Shown piece by piece: positions 10,752-21,219 of a stretch of DNA of 64,000 nt. Origin of the DNA: Spirochaetia bacterium (GTDB lineage Bacteria > Spirochaetota > Spirochaetia > SZUA-6 > Bin103); assembly GCA_965198005.1 (NCBI GenBank), contig CBDAOI010000004.1:1280001-1344000 (forward strand), given 5' to 3'. Made by a program: the position numbers and the translations under genes. Position 1 is the stretch's first letter. Each line of letters opens with the position of its first letter. The notes below the pieces were generated by a model that ran no database searches, was not told the origin of the DNA, and was given only the letters and a program-made list of their open reading frames with translations.

Positions 10752-12560
10752 ATGCATTACGTAATCTTTCGAAAGTTGCTCGCGGTACTGTTCGGTCTCG
10801 TCCTGACCGCCACCGGCCTCTGGGCGAGCCCGGCCGGGGAAGAGGAATCGGAAGCGGCGATGGAGAAGGAAATGGTGACCGACCCAGCCACCGGCAAGAT
10901 GGTGACCGCGCCGGAGTATGGCGGCACGTTATCCTATCCCTACCATTTAACCAGCGATACCACTGACGTCCGTGATGCCCACTATGCGGTCTTTCTCATC
11001 AGTGGCGTCAATGAGACGCTCGCCTGGGGGGACTGGGCACTGGCTAGGGAAGAAGTTTCCTTTAGGAGCAATTACGTGCCGCTGCCTGCCTTTACGGCGG
11101 GGCTGATGGAGAACTGGTCGCAGCCCGACCCCGTAACGTATGTCGTCAAAGTCCGCCAGGGAGTTCGCTGGCATGATAAGGCACCCGTGAACGGTCGTGA
11201 GCTAACGGCCGAAGATATCGTGTACAACTATCAGCGTAATTTGGTTCTGGGCGACTTCACCGAACGTCCCGCCCGGACCTGGGTCTTGTTCAACCTGCCA
11301 TGGGAATCGATAGAGGCCACCGACAAATACACGGTCGTTTTCAAGCTTAAGGAGCCTACCGTAGGTGCGATAAGGGACATCTTCGACGACATGCCGATGT
11401 ATATCTTGCCGCCCGAGGTAATCGAGCAATATGGCAACTACGCAGATTGGAGAAACATGGTCGGCACCGGGCCCGTTATGCTGACTGACTATGTCGAAGG
11501 CGTCTCCAAGACCTATACCAAGAATCCTGACTACTGGGGCTACGACCCAAAGTATCCGCAGAACCGTTTGCCTTATACTGACCAGCTAAGGGCCCTGTAC
11601 ATGGCAGAAGAAGCAACCCGTATATCGGCACTACGCACGGGTGCGGTTGATATAATACATACAGCCGGCGCCGGCACTACTATCGGATCCCTCGACACGA
11701 TAAGGAGTCTCCAGAGGACCAACCCGGAAATCGAAGTGTGGAGCTCTACCGGGACGTCGGACAAGAGTTTTGGTCTGAACATACACAGGCCGCCGTTTGA
11801 CGACATCCGGGTGCGTCACGCGTTGCAAATGGCACTGGACCTGGAGACGATTAACGAAACCTACTTTGGGGGGTTCTCACGGTGGCAACCCGCTGGGATC
11901 GTAGGGCCTGCGGTCGTGGGATACCACATCACATTTGAAGAGATTCCCGAAGAGGTAAAGCAATACTACAGGTACGACTCGGAAGGTGCCGAGAAGCTGC
12001 TTGATGAGGCCGGATATCCGCGCGGCGCGGACGGCATTAGACTCAGGGCCACTCTTTCCCAACGGGACGTCAATGATCTGGGCTACACGGAAATAGCCGT
12101 GGGCTCCTGGGCTGCCATTGGAGTCGAGGTAACGATCAATATCGTTGACACGGCGACTTTTGTCAGCCAAAGAAACGAACATACCTATGAGATGATAACG
12201 GGCCACCGAGGCTGGGATTTCAGCCCCGCTACGCCGGTGGGCTGGTATCGCCAAGGACCTGCCACCAAGCATCTCAGCGAATACGTGGGCGGAATCGAGA
12301 CCCCTGAGATGTCCGCCGCCTATGATGCATTTTACGCCGCTACCACCATCGAGGAGCAGCAGAAGGCATTTAGAGCGTACGACATGGAGACCATAAAACG
12401 CCACAATCAGGTATGGGGTCCTGCTGCTCCAAGTTTTCAGGCGAACCAGCCGTGGGTAAAAGGTTACAATGGCGAAATTACCCTGCGCCAGGGAGCCGAG
12501 CAGGCGGTGCTCACTCACCTTTGGATTGACCAGGATCTGAAGAGAGAAATGGGCTTTTAG
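10752..12560 (+). CDS. ABC transporter substrate-binding protein, family 5 (SBP1)
   Basis: Signal peptide, YGGTL, VGTGP, KNPDYW, ALRTG, PPFDDIRVR, LLDEAGYP; SD AAGGAG. Confidence 0.95.
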   Translation: MHYVIFRKLLAVLFGLVLTATGLWASPAGEEESEAAMEKEMVTDPATGKMVTAPEYGGTLSYPYHLTSDTTDVRDAHYAVFLISGVNETLAWGDWALAREEVSFRSNYVPLPAFTAGLMENWSQPDPVTYVVKVRQGVRWHDKAPVNGRELTAEDIVYNYQRNLVLGDFTERPARTWVLFNLPWESIEATDKYTVVFKLKEPTVGAIRDIFDDMPMYILPPEVIEQYGNYADWRNMVGTGPVMLTDYVEGVSKTYTKNPDYWGYDPKYPQNRLPYTDQLRALYMAEEATRISALRTGAVDIIHTAGAGTTIGSLDTIRSLQRTNPEIEVWSSTGTSDKSFGLNIHRPPFDDIRVRHALQMALDLETINETYFGGFSRWQPAGIVGPAVVGYHITFEEIPEEVKQYYRYDSEGAEKLLDEAGYPRGADGIRLRATLSQRDVNDLGYTEIAVGSWAAIGVEVTINIVDTATFVSQRNEHTYEMITGHRGWDFSPATPVGWYRQGPATKHLSEYVGGIETPEMSAAYDAFYAATTIEEQQKAFRAYDMETIKRHNQVWGPAAPSFQANQPWVKGYNGEITLRQGAEQAVLTHLWIDQDLKREMGF

Positions 12561-12591
12561 CTTTAGCGGTTCATCTATCCAGACAAACAGG

Positions 12592-12622
12592 GGAGTTGGG
12601 AGGCTCTGGCTTCCCAGCTCCC
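12592..12622 (+). terminator. Conserved post-SBP stem-loop
   Basis: GGGAGTTGGGAG...TTCCCAGCTCCC; relatives follow the SBPs at ~17994, 41701, 49961 and 62195; no U-tract. Confidence 0.6.
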
Positions 12623-12644
12623 TAAACCAACTTGGAGAGAACTT

Positions 12645-13001
12645 ATGAGTTTTGTAGAAGGTCTAATAAAATCAATCAACCCAAAATCGGTGGTGCTGGA
12701 TCCTCTCCCGATTCGTGAAGAGGTCCTGGAGGGATCGCCGACGGCAGCAATCAAGGTGCTCTGGGAATCGGAGGACAAGTCCTGTGTTACCGCGGTTTGG
12801 TCATGTACGATCGGAAGATGGGAAATCGATTGGGAATGGGATGAGATGATGTACATAATCGAGGGTGAATTGGAACTCACCGATCATCTCGGACACTCCC
12901 AAACATTTGGAGCTGGTGATCTTTTTCATGTCAGCAAGGGAGCCAAGACCATGTGGAATGTAAAACAGCCTCTTCTGAAGATTTTCTATATTCATCGTTA
13001 G
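12645..13001 (+). CDS. Cupin-domain protein (Cupin_3/DUF861-like)
   Basis: VWSCTIGRW...DEMMYIIEGELELTD...GDLF...W..K..K. Confidence 0.85.
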   Translation: MSFVEGLIKSINPKSVVLDPLPIREEVLEGSPTAAIKVLWESEDKSCVTAVWSCTIGRWEIDWEWDEMMYIIEGELELTDHLGHSQTFGAGDLFHVSKGAKTMWNVKQPLLKIFYIHR

Positions 13002-13023
13002 CTCCCGAGAGGTTCTGGCTGCC

Positions 13024-13983
13024 ATGAGAGCCTACGTCATCAGGCGGCTCTTACTGCTGCTCCCGACACTGTTTGTCTTGTCCGTCCTGGTCTTTCTGTC
13101 GGTGCGCTTCATCCCCGGTGATGTCATCGACGTCATGCTGGGTAGGATGGAATGGCAAGCAGCGGGGGGGATTGACCGTGCGGCTCTCGAGCGCAGGCTG
13201 GGATTGGACGTACCGGTCTGGGTCCAGTATGGACGCTGGATGGGAGAGCTGTTCCTGCGCGGCAGCCTGGGCGAGTCCCTGATGGGCGGTTGGCCGATAA
13301 AGGAGCGGATACTCGGTCGTTTGCCGGTCACCGTCGAGCTCGGCGTGCTGGCCATCCTCATCGGCTTGGTCATCGCGCTGCCGGTGGGCATCTACTCGGC
13401 GGTGCGCCAGTACACGGCTGCCGACTACGTGGGACGGTCGGTCGCCATCATGGGGCTGGCGACGCCCAACTTCTGGCTGGGAACGATGGTGATGATCTAC
13501 CCCGCCATCTGGTGGGCGTGGTCGCCGCCGATGGAGTTTTTCTCTCTTTCCGAAGACCCACTGGGCAACCTCGGCATGTTCCTCATTCCCAGCCTGATCC
13601 TGGGGACCTACCTGTCGGCCAGCACCATGCGCATGACGCGCACCATGATGCTGGAGGTGCTGAGGCAGGACTACATCAGGACCGCCTGGGCCAAGGGCCT
13701 GCTGGAGCGGTCGGTGATCCTGCGCCACGCGCTGAAGAACGCGATCATCCCGGTGGTGACGCTGGTGGGCATGCAGCTGCCGATCCTGGTGGGCGGCGCG
13801 GTGATCATCGAGAATATCTTCAACCTGCCGGGTTTGGGGCGGCTGATGCTGGATGCGCTCAACGACCGCGACTACCCGGTGGTGTCGGCGGTGAACCTGT
13901 TCTTCGCCACGGTGGTGGTGGTGGTCAACCTGCTGACCGATCTGGTGTACGCGTCGCTGGATCCGCGGATTCGCTACGAATGA
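13024..13983 (+). CDS. OppB/DppB-like ABC permease
   Basis: MRAYVIRRLL start, DYIRTAWAKGL loop, DPRIRYE end. Confidence 0.95.
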   Translation: MRAYVIRRLLLLLPTLFVLSVLVFLSVRFIPGDVIDVMLGRMEWQAAGGIDRAALERRLGLDVPVWVQYGRWMGELFLRGSLGESLMGGWPIKERILGRLPVTVELGVLAILIGLVIALPVGIYSAVRQYTAADYVGRSVAIMGLATPNFWLGTMVMIYPAIWWAWSPPMEFFSLSEDPLGNLGMFLIPSLILGTYLSASTMRMTRTMMLEVLRQDYIRTAWAKGLLERSVILRHALKNAIIPVVTLVGMQLPILVGGAVIIENIFNLPGLGRLMLDALNDRDYPVVSAVNLFFATVVVVVNLLTDLVYASLDPRIRYE

Positions 13984-13992
13984 GGCGGGCCG

Positions 13993-14315
13993 ATGGGTGA
14001 CGTTTCCCCGTTGACAAGTTCCCGAACAACCGGATGGCGCTGGATCTGGAGACGATCTCCAACACCTACTTCAAGGGGTATCCGGATCCGAGGCCGCATG
14101 GATACATTCACAACGATTCCGACCTTGGGACGCCGTTCGACGAATGGCCGGAGGAGATCAAGCAGTACTACCGGTACGATCCGGAACGGGCGAAGCAGCT
14201 TCTGGCGCTCACGGTGGTGGTGTACTGCCTCAACATGTTCGGCGACGCGGTGCGCGACCTGCTCGACCCCCGGCTGCGGGGCGGTGGCGGCGGCGCGGGC
14301 CTCGGCAGCGGCTGA
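13993..14315 (+). pseudogene. Chimera of oppC start, SBP internal fragment and oppC 3' end
   Basis: MGDVSPLT | MALDLETISNTYF...YDPERAKQLL | LTVVVYCLNMFGDAVRDLLDPRLRGGG. Confidence 0.85.
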
Positions 14316-14403
14316 ACGGGCACTGGAAAAGGCCGCCCGGTCAGCCTGATAGAACCCGGTAGCGCCGACCGTGCGCCGACTCGGCTATCTGAAACGTCAC
14401 TAT

Positions 14404-15432
14404 TCATTGCATGGGATGGTTGGTGCTGCCGCCGGCGGCCTCCAGTTGCTGCTTGAGCCGCCCAAATGCGGCCTCGTCGATTCCAGTGGCCGCTTCTATC
14501 GTGGACCACGGGACATCTCGGCCCAGCAATCCCTCGATGGTTCGCACCTGAGTCATCAGTACGCCTTCCTGACGGCCTTCCTGACGGCCTTCCTGACGGC
14601 CTTCCTGACGGCCTTCCCGGAGGCCCTTCTGACGGGCCTCCTGCTCTATCACCTCGCCGTAAATCTCGAGCATCTCCTGCGTCTTGTTCATCAGTTCTCC
14701 ACCTCCCGGTACGTGTCGCCGTACCGCCTCCGCGAATCTGTGCCAGCGCTCCGGTTCCCTCGTCGTGGCCGCCATGTACACTACGATCGGTCGCAGTTCG
14801 TCGATTCCCCCGTCCTGCACCAGTTTCGCCATCAGCGGCACCAACCGCTGCATCACCGGCCAGCTCGCCCGGTACGCCGCCATCAGCGCCAGTTGCGCGA
14901 TGCGACCACGCAATTCACCGCGCAACTCGTCCGGCCCCACTTTCGTCTGGTCGATCAACAGATGCGCGTAGCGCGGCACTCCCGGCCAACCTCGGACTGC
15001 TGCAGCGAACAGTTCCGAGAACTCGCGCGGGGGATACCAGCCGTGCTTGCCCTGATACAACACCAGCGGCACTATCGGGCGCAGGTGCTCCTCATCGGGG
15101 TGCTGCTTCCGATCCCGTTCCCAGATCCTGATACTGTACTTCAGCAGCCGCAGCCGTAACCAGGGGTCAGGCGTCGACTGGTGCTCCAGCAAGACGTACA
15201 GCCAGGCCGGTGCGTCATCGGCTTTGCGCTGGACCGCATACAGCAGGTCCGATTCGCTCTCGCGCAATCGGTCGTCGATGAAGCTGACGTCCTGCCGCTT
15301 GAGGCTCGACCACAGCAATTCGCTGTTGACTGCGTCCGGGAGGTGCGCCCGCAGCAGGCCGGCTGCCTCGGATTCCTCTCGGAACACGGATCGGAACAGG
15401 TGGTCGTGGGGCTTGGAGACCTCGCCGGCCAT
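14404..15432 (-). CDS. Rpn-family PD-(D/E)XK nuclease, intact
   Basis: KPHDHLFR, SFID..L.ESESDLLY, LLEHQSTPD, PLVLYQG, EGRQ repeats. Confidence 0.92.
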   Translation of the reverse strand: MAGEVSKPHDHLFRSVFREESEAAGLLRAHLPDAVNSELLWSSLKRQDVSFIDDRLRESESDLLYAVQRKADDAPAWLYVLLEHQSTPDPWLRLRLLKYSIRIWERDRKQHPDEEHLRPIVPLVLYQGKHGWYPPREFSELFAAAVRGWPGVPRYAHLLIDQTKVGPDELRGELRGRIAQLALMAAYRASWPVMQRLVPLMAKLVQDGGIDELRPIVVYMAATTREPERWHRFAEAVRRHVPGGGELMNKTQEMLEIYGEVIEQEARQKGLREGRQEGRQEGRQEGRQEGVLMTQVRTIEGLLGRDVPWSTIEAATGIDEAAFGRLKQQLEAAGGSTNHPMQ

Positions 15433-15661
15433 GACGCGCCAGCGTACGCATTTTGCATCGGACGGTCCACCCTCCACCCAGAGGCACAAGGGCCGCCGGA
15501 AAAAAACGTGAAGAAAGTGCAATCAAGCGCTTGCCCGCTATGGCGGGGATGTGCTATGGTATCGGGGTTTGGGGACTTGAACGGATACGGATGATGCTTG
15601 ACTACGCACTGCAGCCCTGCCATCGGCCCACGCTACTCGCGCCCGAGCACCGCCGCCCGGC

Positions 15662-16166
15662 GTGTCGCTTTGGCCCATCCCGTCCGTCTACCCCCCCCCC
15701 CACACACACGGCTCGGTCCATCGCCGAACCGGCATGCGGACCGCCCGCGCCCTTGCCGGCGACCGCAGCCGTGCCGGAACCCCGCCCGCGACTGACTCCC
15801 GGCAAGACCCTCCGCCGGCGTTGCCGGCTATTCAGACGCGGTGCTTCGCCGACTACGACCCCGCGTGGCGTTATGACGCAGGTCCCGACGTCCGCCGAGC
15901 GGTCGGTGTTGGCCCAATGGGACGCACACGCGCCGCGCGTAGCGCACCCCGCAACCCGGCAAGCACCCGGACCAGGCCATATTCTCTGTCAATTACCGAA
16001 ACCTACAGAAAATGGAGGTGCAAAATGATACTCAAAGAGCCGCACGCGCGCGCGGCGTGAGCCCAGTGAGTCACACGCCGCGCGCGTCAGCAATCTGACT
16101 CTGACTGGCGGCCCGCGTTGCGGGCGTGAGAGCAGCCAGAGAGCGGATCTACATACGGAGAAACGT
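15662..16166 (+). promoter_or_regulatory. SBP leader type A, copy 1 (C11 tract at 15691-15701)
   Basis: Homologous to 32590-33131 and 39221-39856. Confidence 0.75.
16025..16060 (+). CDS. Putative leader peptide MILKEPHARAA
   Basis: SD GGAGGTG; conserved in three copies; stop codon lies in a hairpin arm. Confidence 0.55.
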   Translation: MILKEPHARAA

Positions 16167-17963
16167 ATGAATATTTCAATTGTTAGAATGATCTTCGCGT
16201 TTGCGTTGGTCCTGATTCTCACCGCGACCGGCCTGTGGGCCGGGGGCGAGGACGAGGCGCCGGCAGCGACTGCGGACAAGGAAATGGTGACCGACCCCAC
16301 CACCGGCGAGATGGTGACTGCGCCGGAGTATGGCGGGACACTTACCATCGGTAAACGACTTGGAATTGGTTCGGATACTGACCCCTATTTTGGCTGGGGC
16401 GGACTCCATGTTCAGCTCGTCTCAGAGAAGCTAGGTATCGGCGACTGGGGAATAGACAGAGACGAATGGGATTTTAGATCTGGCCCGATCCCTGTGTCTG
16501 TCATTACCGGGCGGCTAGCTGAAAGATGGGATATTTCCCCGGACGGCCTCACCTATACCTTCCACATCCGCAACGGCGTTCTCTGGCATAATAAGGCGCC
16601 GATGAACGGTCGCGAGCTCACTGCACACGACATAGAATTCAACTTTCACCGCATATTGGGCATGGGCGAGTTCACCGAGGCCGGACCGAGCGCCTTCAAT
16701 GCCGCTGGCCCACTCACCTCCATCCCATTCGAGTCGATAACAGCCACCGACGATTCGACGGTGGTGATGAAGCTGAACGAGGTACACCTCCCTGCGCTGC
16801 GGCTTATCCTCGAAGAGTACTTCACGTTCATCATGCCGCCTGAGGTAATCAGAGAACACGGTGACGTCAAGGACTGGAAAAACCTGGTTGGCACCGGACC
16901 GTTCGAGCTGACTGCACTCGACGAGGACAGCTCGTTCACTTTGACCAAGAATCCTGACTACTGGGGCTATGACGAAAAGTACCCGGAGAACCGTTTGCCC
17001 TACGTGGACGAGATAAGGGTACTGAATTTTGCAGATCACGCAACAATTCAGGCGGCACTCATCACTGGCAAGATCGATGCGAGACCCCTTGGGGGTGGTG
17101 AAATGAATAGCATCGACCAGGCAGATAGCCTACGGCAAACCAACCCGGAGATCGTGCAGCACACGGTGCCGTTTCGGTCGAATGACGCCTTTGCCGCTAA
17201 CGTGCGCGTGCCGCCCTTTGACGACATCGGAGTGCGCAAGGCGATGCAGATGGCGCTGGACCTCGAGACCGTTGCCAACACGTACCATAAGGGTCAGGCA
17301 GATCCGACACCTCAGGGACTGGTAGGGGTGAAGGGGTATTTCATCCCATTTGACCAGTGGCCCGAAGAGGTCAAGCAAGGCTATCGGTACGACCCGGAAG
17401 GTGCCGAGAAGCTCCTTGATGAGGCTGGGTATCCGCGCGGCGCCGACGGCACCAGATTCAAGACCATCTTGAACTACGGACCTTGGGCAGATTTGGGCTA
17501 CGTAGAAATAGCTGTTTCCTACTGGGCCGAGATCGGTGTCGATGTCGAGATCGATGTACTCGACTATGGCGAATATCACGAGAGGCTATTCTCGCGTACC
17601 TATGAAGGCATGGTCAGTGCCATTGCGGGCACCAACTATGATCCTGAGATGACGGTAAGCTGGTATCACTCGGACAACCAGTGGAACCGCGGCGGCAGCC
17701 AGTGGGCTGAGTTGGACGCTCTCGTTGACGCCGCCCTGGCAGCTACGACCATTGAGGAGCAGCAGAGGCTGGTGAGAGAGGCGGACATGTATGCGATGGC
17801 GAATCACTGGCTGATATGGAGTCCGAAACTTCCGTTTTTTGTTGCGTTCCAGCCGTGGGTCATAGGCTATAACGGTGAGGTAGAGCTGGCGAAGGGCGAG
17901 ACTTATGTCACTTTCTCCCGCCTCTGGATTGACAGTCGGCTAAAGGAAGAAATGGGTCGTTAG
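16167..17963 (+). CDS. ABC transporter substrate-binding protein, family 5 (SBP2)
   Basis: Same motif set as SBP1. Confidence 0.95.
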   Translation: MNISIVRMIFAFALVLILTATGLWAGGEDEAPAATADKEMVTDPTTGEMVTAPEYGGTLTIGKRLGIGSDTDPYFGWGGLHVQLVSEKLGIGDWGIDRDEWDFRSGPIPVSVITGRLAERWDISPDGLTYTFHIRNGVLWHNKAPMNGRELTAHDIEFNFHRILGMGEFTEAGPSAFNAAGPLTSIPFESITATDDSTVVMKLNEVHLPALRLILEEYFTFIMPPEVIREHGDVKDWKNLVGTGPFELTALDEDSSFTLTKNPDYWGYDEKYPENRLPYVDEIRVLNFADHATIQAALITGKIDARPLGGGEMNSIDQADSLRQTNPEIVQHTVPFRSNDAFAANVRVPPFDDIGVRKAMQMALDLETVANTYHKGQADPTPQGLVGVKGYFIPFDQWPEEVKQGYRYDPEGAEKLLDEAGYPRGADGTRFKTILNYGPWADLGYVEIAVSYWAEIGVDVEIDVLDYGEYHERLFSRTYEGMVSAIAGTNYDPEMTVSWYHSDNQWNRGGSQWAELDALVDAALAATTIEEQQRLVREADMYAMANHWLIWSPKLPFFVAFQPWVIGYNGEVELAKGETYVTFSRLWIDSRLKEEMGR

Positions 17964-18067
17964 GGATTTCATCCCCTTGTGGCCGACCTCAGGAGAGCTG
18001 GGAGGCCCGCTTCCCAGCGGCGCTGCCCAGCTCTCCATGCATTGAATAATGACCGGACATCTGTGAT

Positions 18068-19024
18068 ATGAGGGCCTATGTCATCAGGCGGTTACTGCTC
18101 GTCATCCCCACTCTGTTCGTAATGAGCCTCATTGTCTTCTTCTCCGTCCGTTTCATCCCGGGCGATGCCATAGACGCAATGTTGGGTAGGACAGATTTCC
18201 TGGTCGACGTAGACCGTGAGGCTCTCGCGCGGATGCTCGGATTGGACGTGCCCGCCTATGTGCAGTATGGCCGCTGGATAGGGGGTATTTCCCTGCACGG
18301 CAGCCTTGGCCGCTCACTGATTGGCGGCCGGGCGGCGGTAGAGGAGAAGATATTCGGTAGATTGCCGGTAACGCTTCAGCTTGGCCTGATGTCGATCGTC
18401 ATCGGGCTGGTGATAGCCTTGCCGATCGGCATCTACTCGGCGATTCGGCAGGATACCGCCGCCGACTACGTGGGGCGCTCGGTCGCCATCATCGGCCTGG
18501 CAACGCCGAACTTCTGGCTGGGAACCATGGTCATGATCTTCCCGGCGATCTGGTGGGGCTGGTCGCCAGCGATAGAAGTGATTCGCTTGACGGAAGATCC
18601 GCTGGGGAGTCTGGGGGTGTTCATCATCCCCAGCCTGATTCTGGGAACCTATCTATCGGCAGCTACCATGCGGATAACGCGCACCATGATGCTGGAGGTG
18701 CTGCGGCAGGACTACATCCGGACGGCCTGGGCCAAGGGGCTCAAGGAGAGGGTGGTTGTGGTGCGGCACGCCGTCAAGAATGCCCTCATTCCGATCGTGA
18801 CCCTGGTAGGCCTGCAGCTACCGATCCTGGTAGGGGGCTCCGTTATCATGGAGAACATCTTCAACCTGCCGGGGTTGGGTCGTCTCATGCTGACCGCGCT
18901 TACCGACAGAGACTACCCGGTGGTCTCCGGAGTAAACCTGTTCTTCGGCACGGCGGTCGTGGGGTTCAATCTCATGATCGATCTGGTGTACGGCTACCTG
19001 GATCCGCGGGTCCGCTACCAGTAG
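18068..19024 (+). CDS. OppB/DppB-like ABC permease
   Basis: Full-length paralogue. Confidence 0.95.
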   Translation: MRAYVIRRLLLVIPTLFVMSLIVFFSVRFIPGDAIDAMLGRTDFLVDVDREALARMLGLDVPAYVQYGRWIGGISLHGSLGRSLIGGRAAVEEKIFGRLPVTLQLGLMSIVIGLVIALPIGIYSAIRQDTAADYVGRSVAIIGLATPNFWLGTMVMIFPAIWWGWSPAIEVIRLTEDPLGSLGVFIIPSLILGTYLSAATMRITRTMMLEVLRQDYIRTAWAKGLKERVVVVRHAVKNALIPIVTLVGLQLPILVGGSVIMENIFNLPGLGRLMLTALTDRDYPVVSGVNLFFGTAVVGFNLMIDLVYGYLDPRVRYQ

Positions 19025-19035
19025 CACGCGCGGTA

Positions 19036-19902
19036 ATGGCTGCTTTCTTCGTCAGGCTGTGGCGGGAGAAGTCACTCGGTGCTCTCAGCGGGATCGTCAT
19101 CCTGCTATGCATTCTTGTGGCGGCCTTTGCCGACGTTCTGGCCCCGTATGAATATCTGGAAATACACTTGGCCGACCGCCTGACCGGTTCATCGGCCGCG
19201 TATCCGCTCGGTACCGACCACCTGGGACGAGACCTGCTCAGCCGCATCATCTACGGGGCTCGGCTGTCGTTGATCGTCGGCCTGTCGGCGACTGCAGTGA
19301 ATGTCGTGGTCGCCGTGCTGATCGGCGGCACCTCAGGATTCTTCGGCGGCAGACTCGACCTGGTCGTGCAGAGATTCGTCGACGGCTGGATGGCGATCCC
19401 GGGACTGCTGCTGTTGTTGACGATCATGTCCATCGTCGGCAAGGGGGTGCCCCAGCTCATACTGGTCCTGGGGATATCGGGGGGCATCGGCGGCTCGCGC
19501 CTGGTCAGAAGCGCCGTGATCGACATCAAGGAGAATACCTATTTCCAGGCGACCAGGGTCATTGGCGCCTCGAAGTGGCGGACGTTCACCCACCATGTCC
19601 TGCCCAACATCATGCCGGTGGTGATCATCGTCTTCAGTATCAACGTCGGCGGCGTGATCATCAGTGAGGCTTCGCTGAGCTTTCTCGGCTTCGGCCTGCC
19701 GCCCAACGTTCCGAGCTGGGGTGCCATGCTGAGCCGGGAGGGCCGCCAGTACATGCAGCAGGGGCCGTGGCTGGCGCTCTGGCCCGGCCTGTGCCTGACC
19801 ATCGTGGTCTACAGCCTGAACATGTTCGGCGATGCCGTGCGTGACCTGCTCGACCCGCGGCTGCGGGGTGGCGGAGGTCGTTTCGGCGCCGGCGGCGCCT
19901 GA
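19036..19902 (+). CDS. OppC/DppC-like ABC permease
   Basis: LGTDHLGRDLLSRIIYGARLSL, HVLPN, EASLSFLGFG, PSWG, NMFGDAVRDLLDPR. Confidence 0.93.
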   Translation: MAAFFVRLWREKSLGALSGIVILLCILVAAFADVLAPYEYLEIHLADRLTGSSAAYPLGTDHLGRDLLSRIIYGARLSLIVGLSATAVNVVVAVLIGGTSGFFGGRLDLVVQRFVDGWMAIPGLLLLLTIMSIVGKGVPQLILVLGISGGIGGSRLVRSAVIDIKENTYFQATRVIGASKWRTFTHHVLPNIMPVVIIVFSINVGGVIISEASLSFLGFGLPPNVPSWGAMLSREGRQYMQQGPWLALWPGLCLTIVVYSLNMFGDAVRDLLDPRLRGGGGRFGAGGA

Positions 19903-20024
19903 GTCGGTCGAGACAACCTGACGCTCCCACGCCGGACGCCGCGCCGGCCGGCCGCGGTATTCGCAGAGATCGACGGCACACCGCCACACCCGCTACCCTG
20001 AGCTGAGGCGCGCTGACCGCGCAG

Positions 20025-21056
20025 TCAGCCGAGCGGCGACTCGGCCGCGGCCTTCCGTTCGCGTATTCGCGTCTGCGCCCGCGCGCGCATCTTCGCGTGC
20101 GCCTCTGACGTGCCGTCGTGGAAGCTGCCGAACAGCTTGTCCAGGAACATGTCCTCGTCGGAGGCGTAGTTGCACTCGAAGTAACGGTGGTGCAGGTAGT
20201 GGAAATAGCTGCCGTAGCGCAGGGCGGCCTGCTCGTGGCCGAGCTCGATATGCGAGAAGCCGCTATGCCCCGCAGCGGGTCCGAGGCCGGCGTACTGCAG
20301 GTGGAAGATGGCGTGCAGCGGATGCGACGGGACGATCAGGTGCACGAACATGTAGCTGAAGTAGATCAGGCTTTCGATGGGATGCATCGAGATGCCCGAC
20401 CACGGGCCCACGTTGACGTTGCGGTGGTGGACGTAGTGGGCGGCCTTGTACAACGGCTTCCAGTGCATCAGCCGGTGGACTACGTAGAAATGGGCGGCGC
20501 GGAAGAACGGGATCGCCAGGAACAGGAGCACGAATCCAACCGGGTTGGTCCGGAACGCCATGAACGGAAGCAGGTCGTTGGCGTAGGCCCAGAGGGTGAA
20601 CACCTCATAGGCCGACCAGATCCCGCCGCCGCTGACGATGCTGTAGAACACGTTGTCGGCCGTCTGGCCGCCGAGGAAGAACGCTCGATTGTTCTTGGTC
20701 AGCCAACGGTTGTTGAACTTGTAGCGCATTCCCTGGGCTCGCTGAAGGTGCAGGCGCACGTGAAAGATGCTGTACCACAGGGTGATCAGGCCGACATTCC
20801 GCAGGAGTATCAGCGCGATCCAGCCCGGCCGGAGGGTGGCCATCGTCTCCAGGGGCGGCGTCAGGAAGAACCAGGTCGCGGCGGCCACGCCAAAGATCAG
20901 CGCATTGTGAGGCCACAGGTAGCCAGGAAACCCGAACAGCCACCTGAGGAAGGGGACGAGTTGAAACGGCCATCGTGGGAACGCGGGCAGCTCGATGCGC
21001 GCTACCGGCTTCCAGTTGCCCTGGGCGTCCCTACCCGGAAGGTCAGCGTACTCCAT
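20025..21056 (-). CDS. Sterol desaturase / fatty-acid hydroxylase family protein
   Basis: His boxes HRLMH, HYVHH, HYLHH; membrane segments; MHPIE. Confidence 0.9.
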   Translation of the reverse strand: MEYADLPGRDAQGNWKPVARIELPAFPRWPFQLVPFLRWLFGFPGYLWPHNALIFGVAAATWFFLTPPLETMATLRPGWIALILLRNVGLITLWYSIFHVRLHLQRAQGMRYKFNNRWLTKNNRAFFLGGQTADNVFYSIVSGGGIWSAYEVFTLWAYANDLLPFMAFRTNPVGFVLLFLAIPFFRAAHFYVVHRLMHWKPLYKAAHYVHHRNVNVGPWSGISMHPIESLIYFSYMFVHLIVPSHPLHAIFHLQYAGLGPAAGHSGFSHIELGHEQAALRYGSYFHYLHHRYFECNYASDEDMFLDKLFGSFHDGTSEAHAKMRARAQTRIRERKAAAESPLG

Positions 21057-21096
21057 GGGCCGACGATAGCTCCCCTGTCTCCCAGCGTCAAGCGTG

Positions 21097-21154
21097 CGTT
21101 TCCCACCAGCGGGCGGCCATCGTCACCGAAGACAACGCTCGCGGTGCGCCGGAC
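21097..21154 (+). repeat. 58-bp exact copy of an internal segment of the Uma2 gene (23065-23122)
   Basis: CGTTTCCCACCAGCGGGCGG...GGTGCGCCGGAC is present at both sites. Confidence 0.9.
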
Positions 21155-21219
21155 GGATCGTTACTTGATTTATTTCGTTTAACGGGGTATCCATTAACAT
21201 CGAGTAAAGTTAAGTTACG

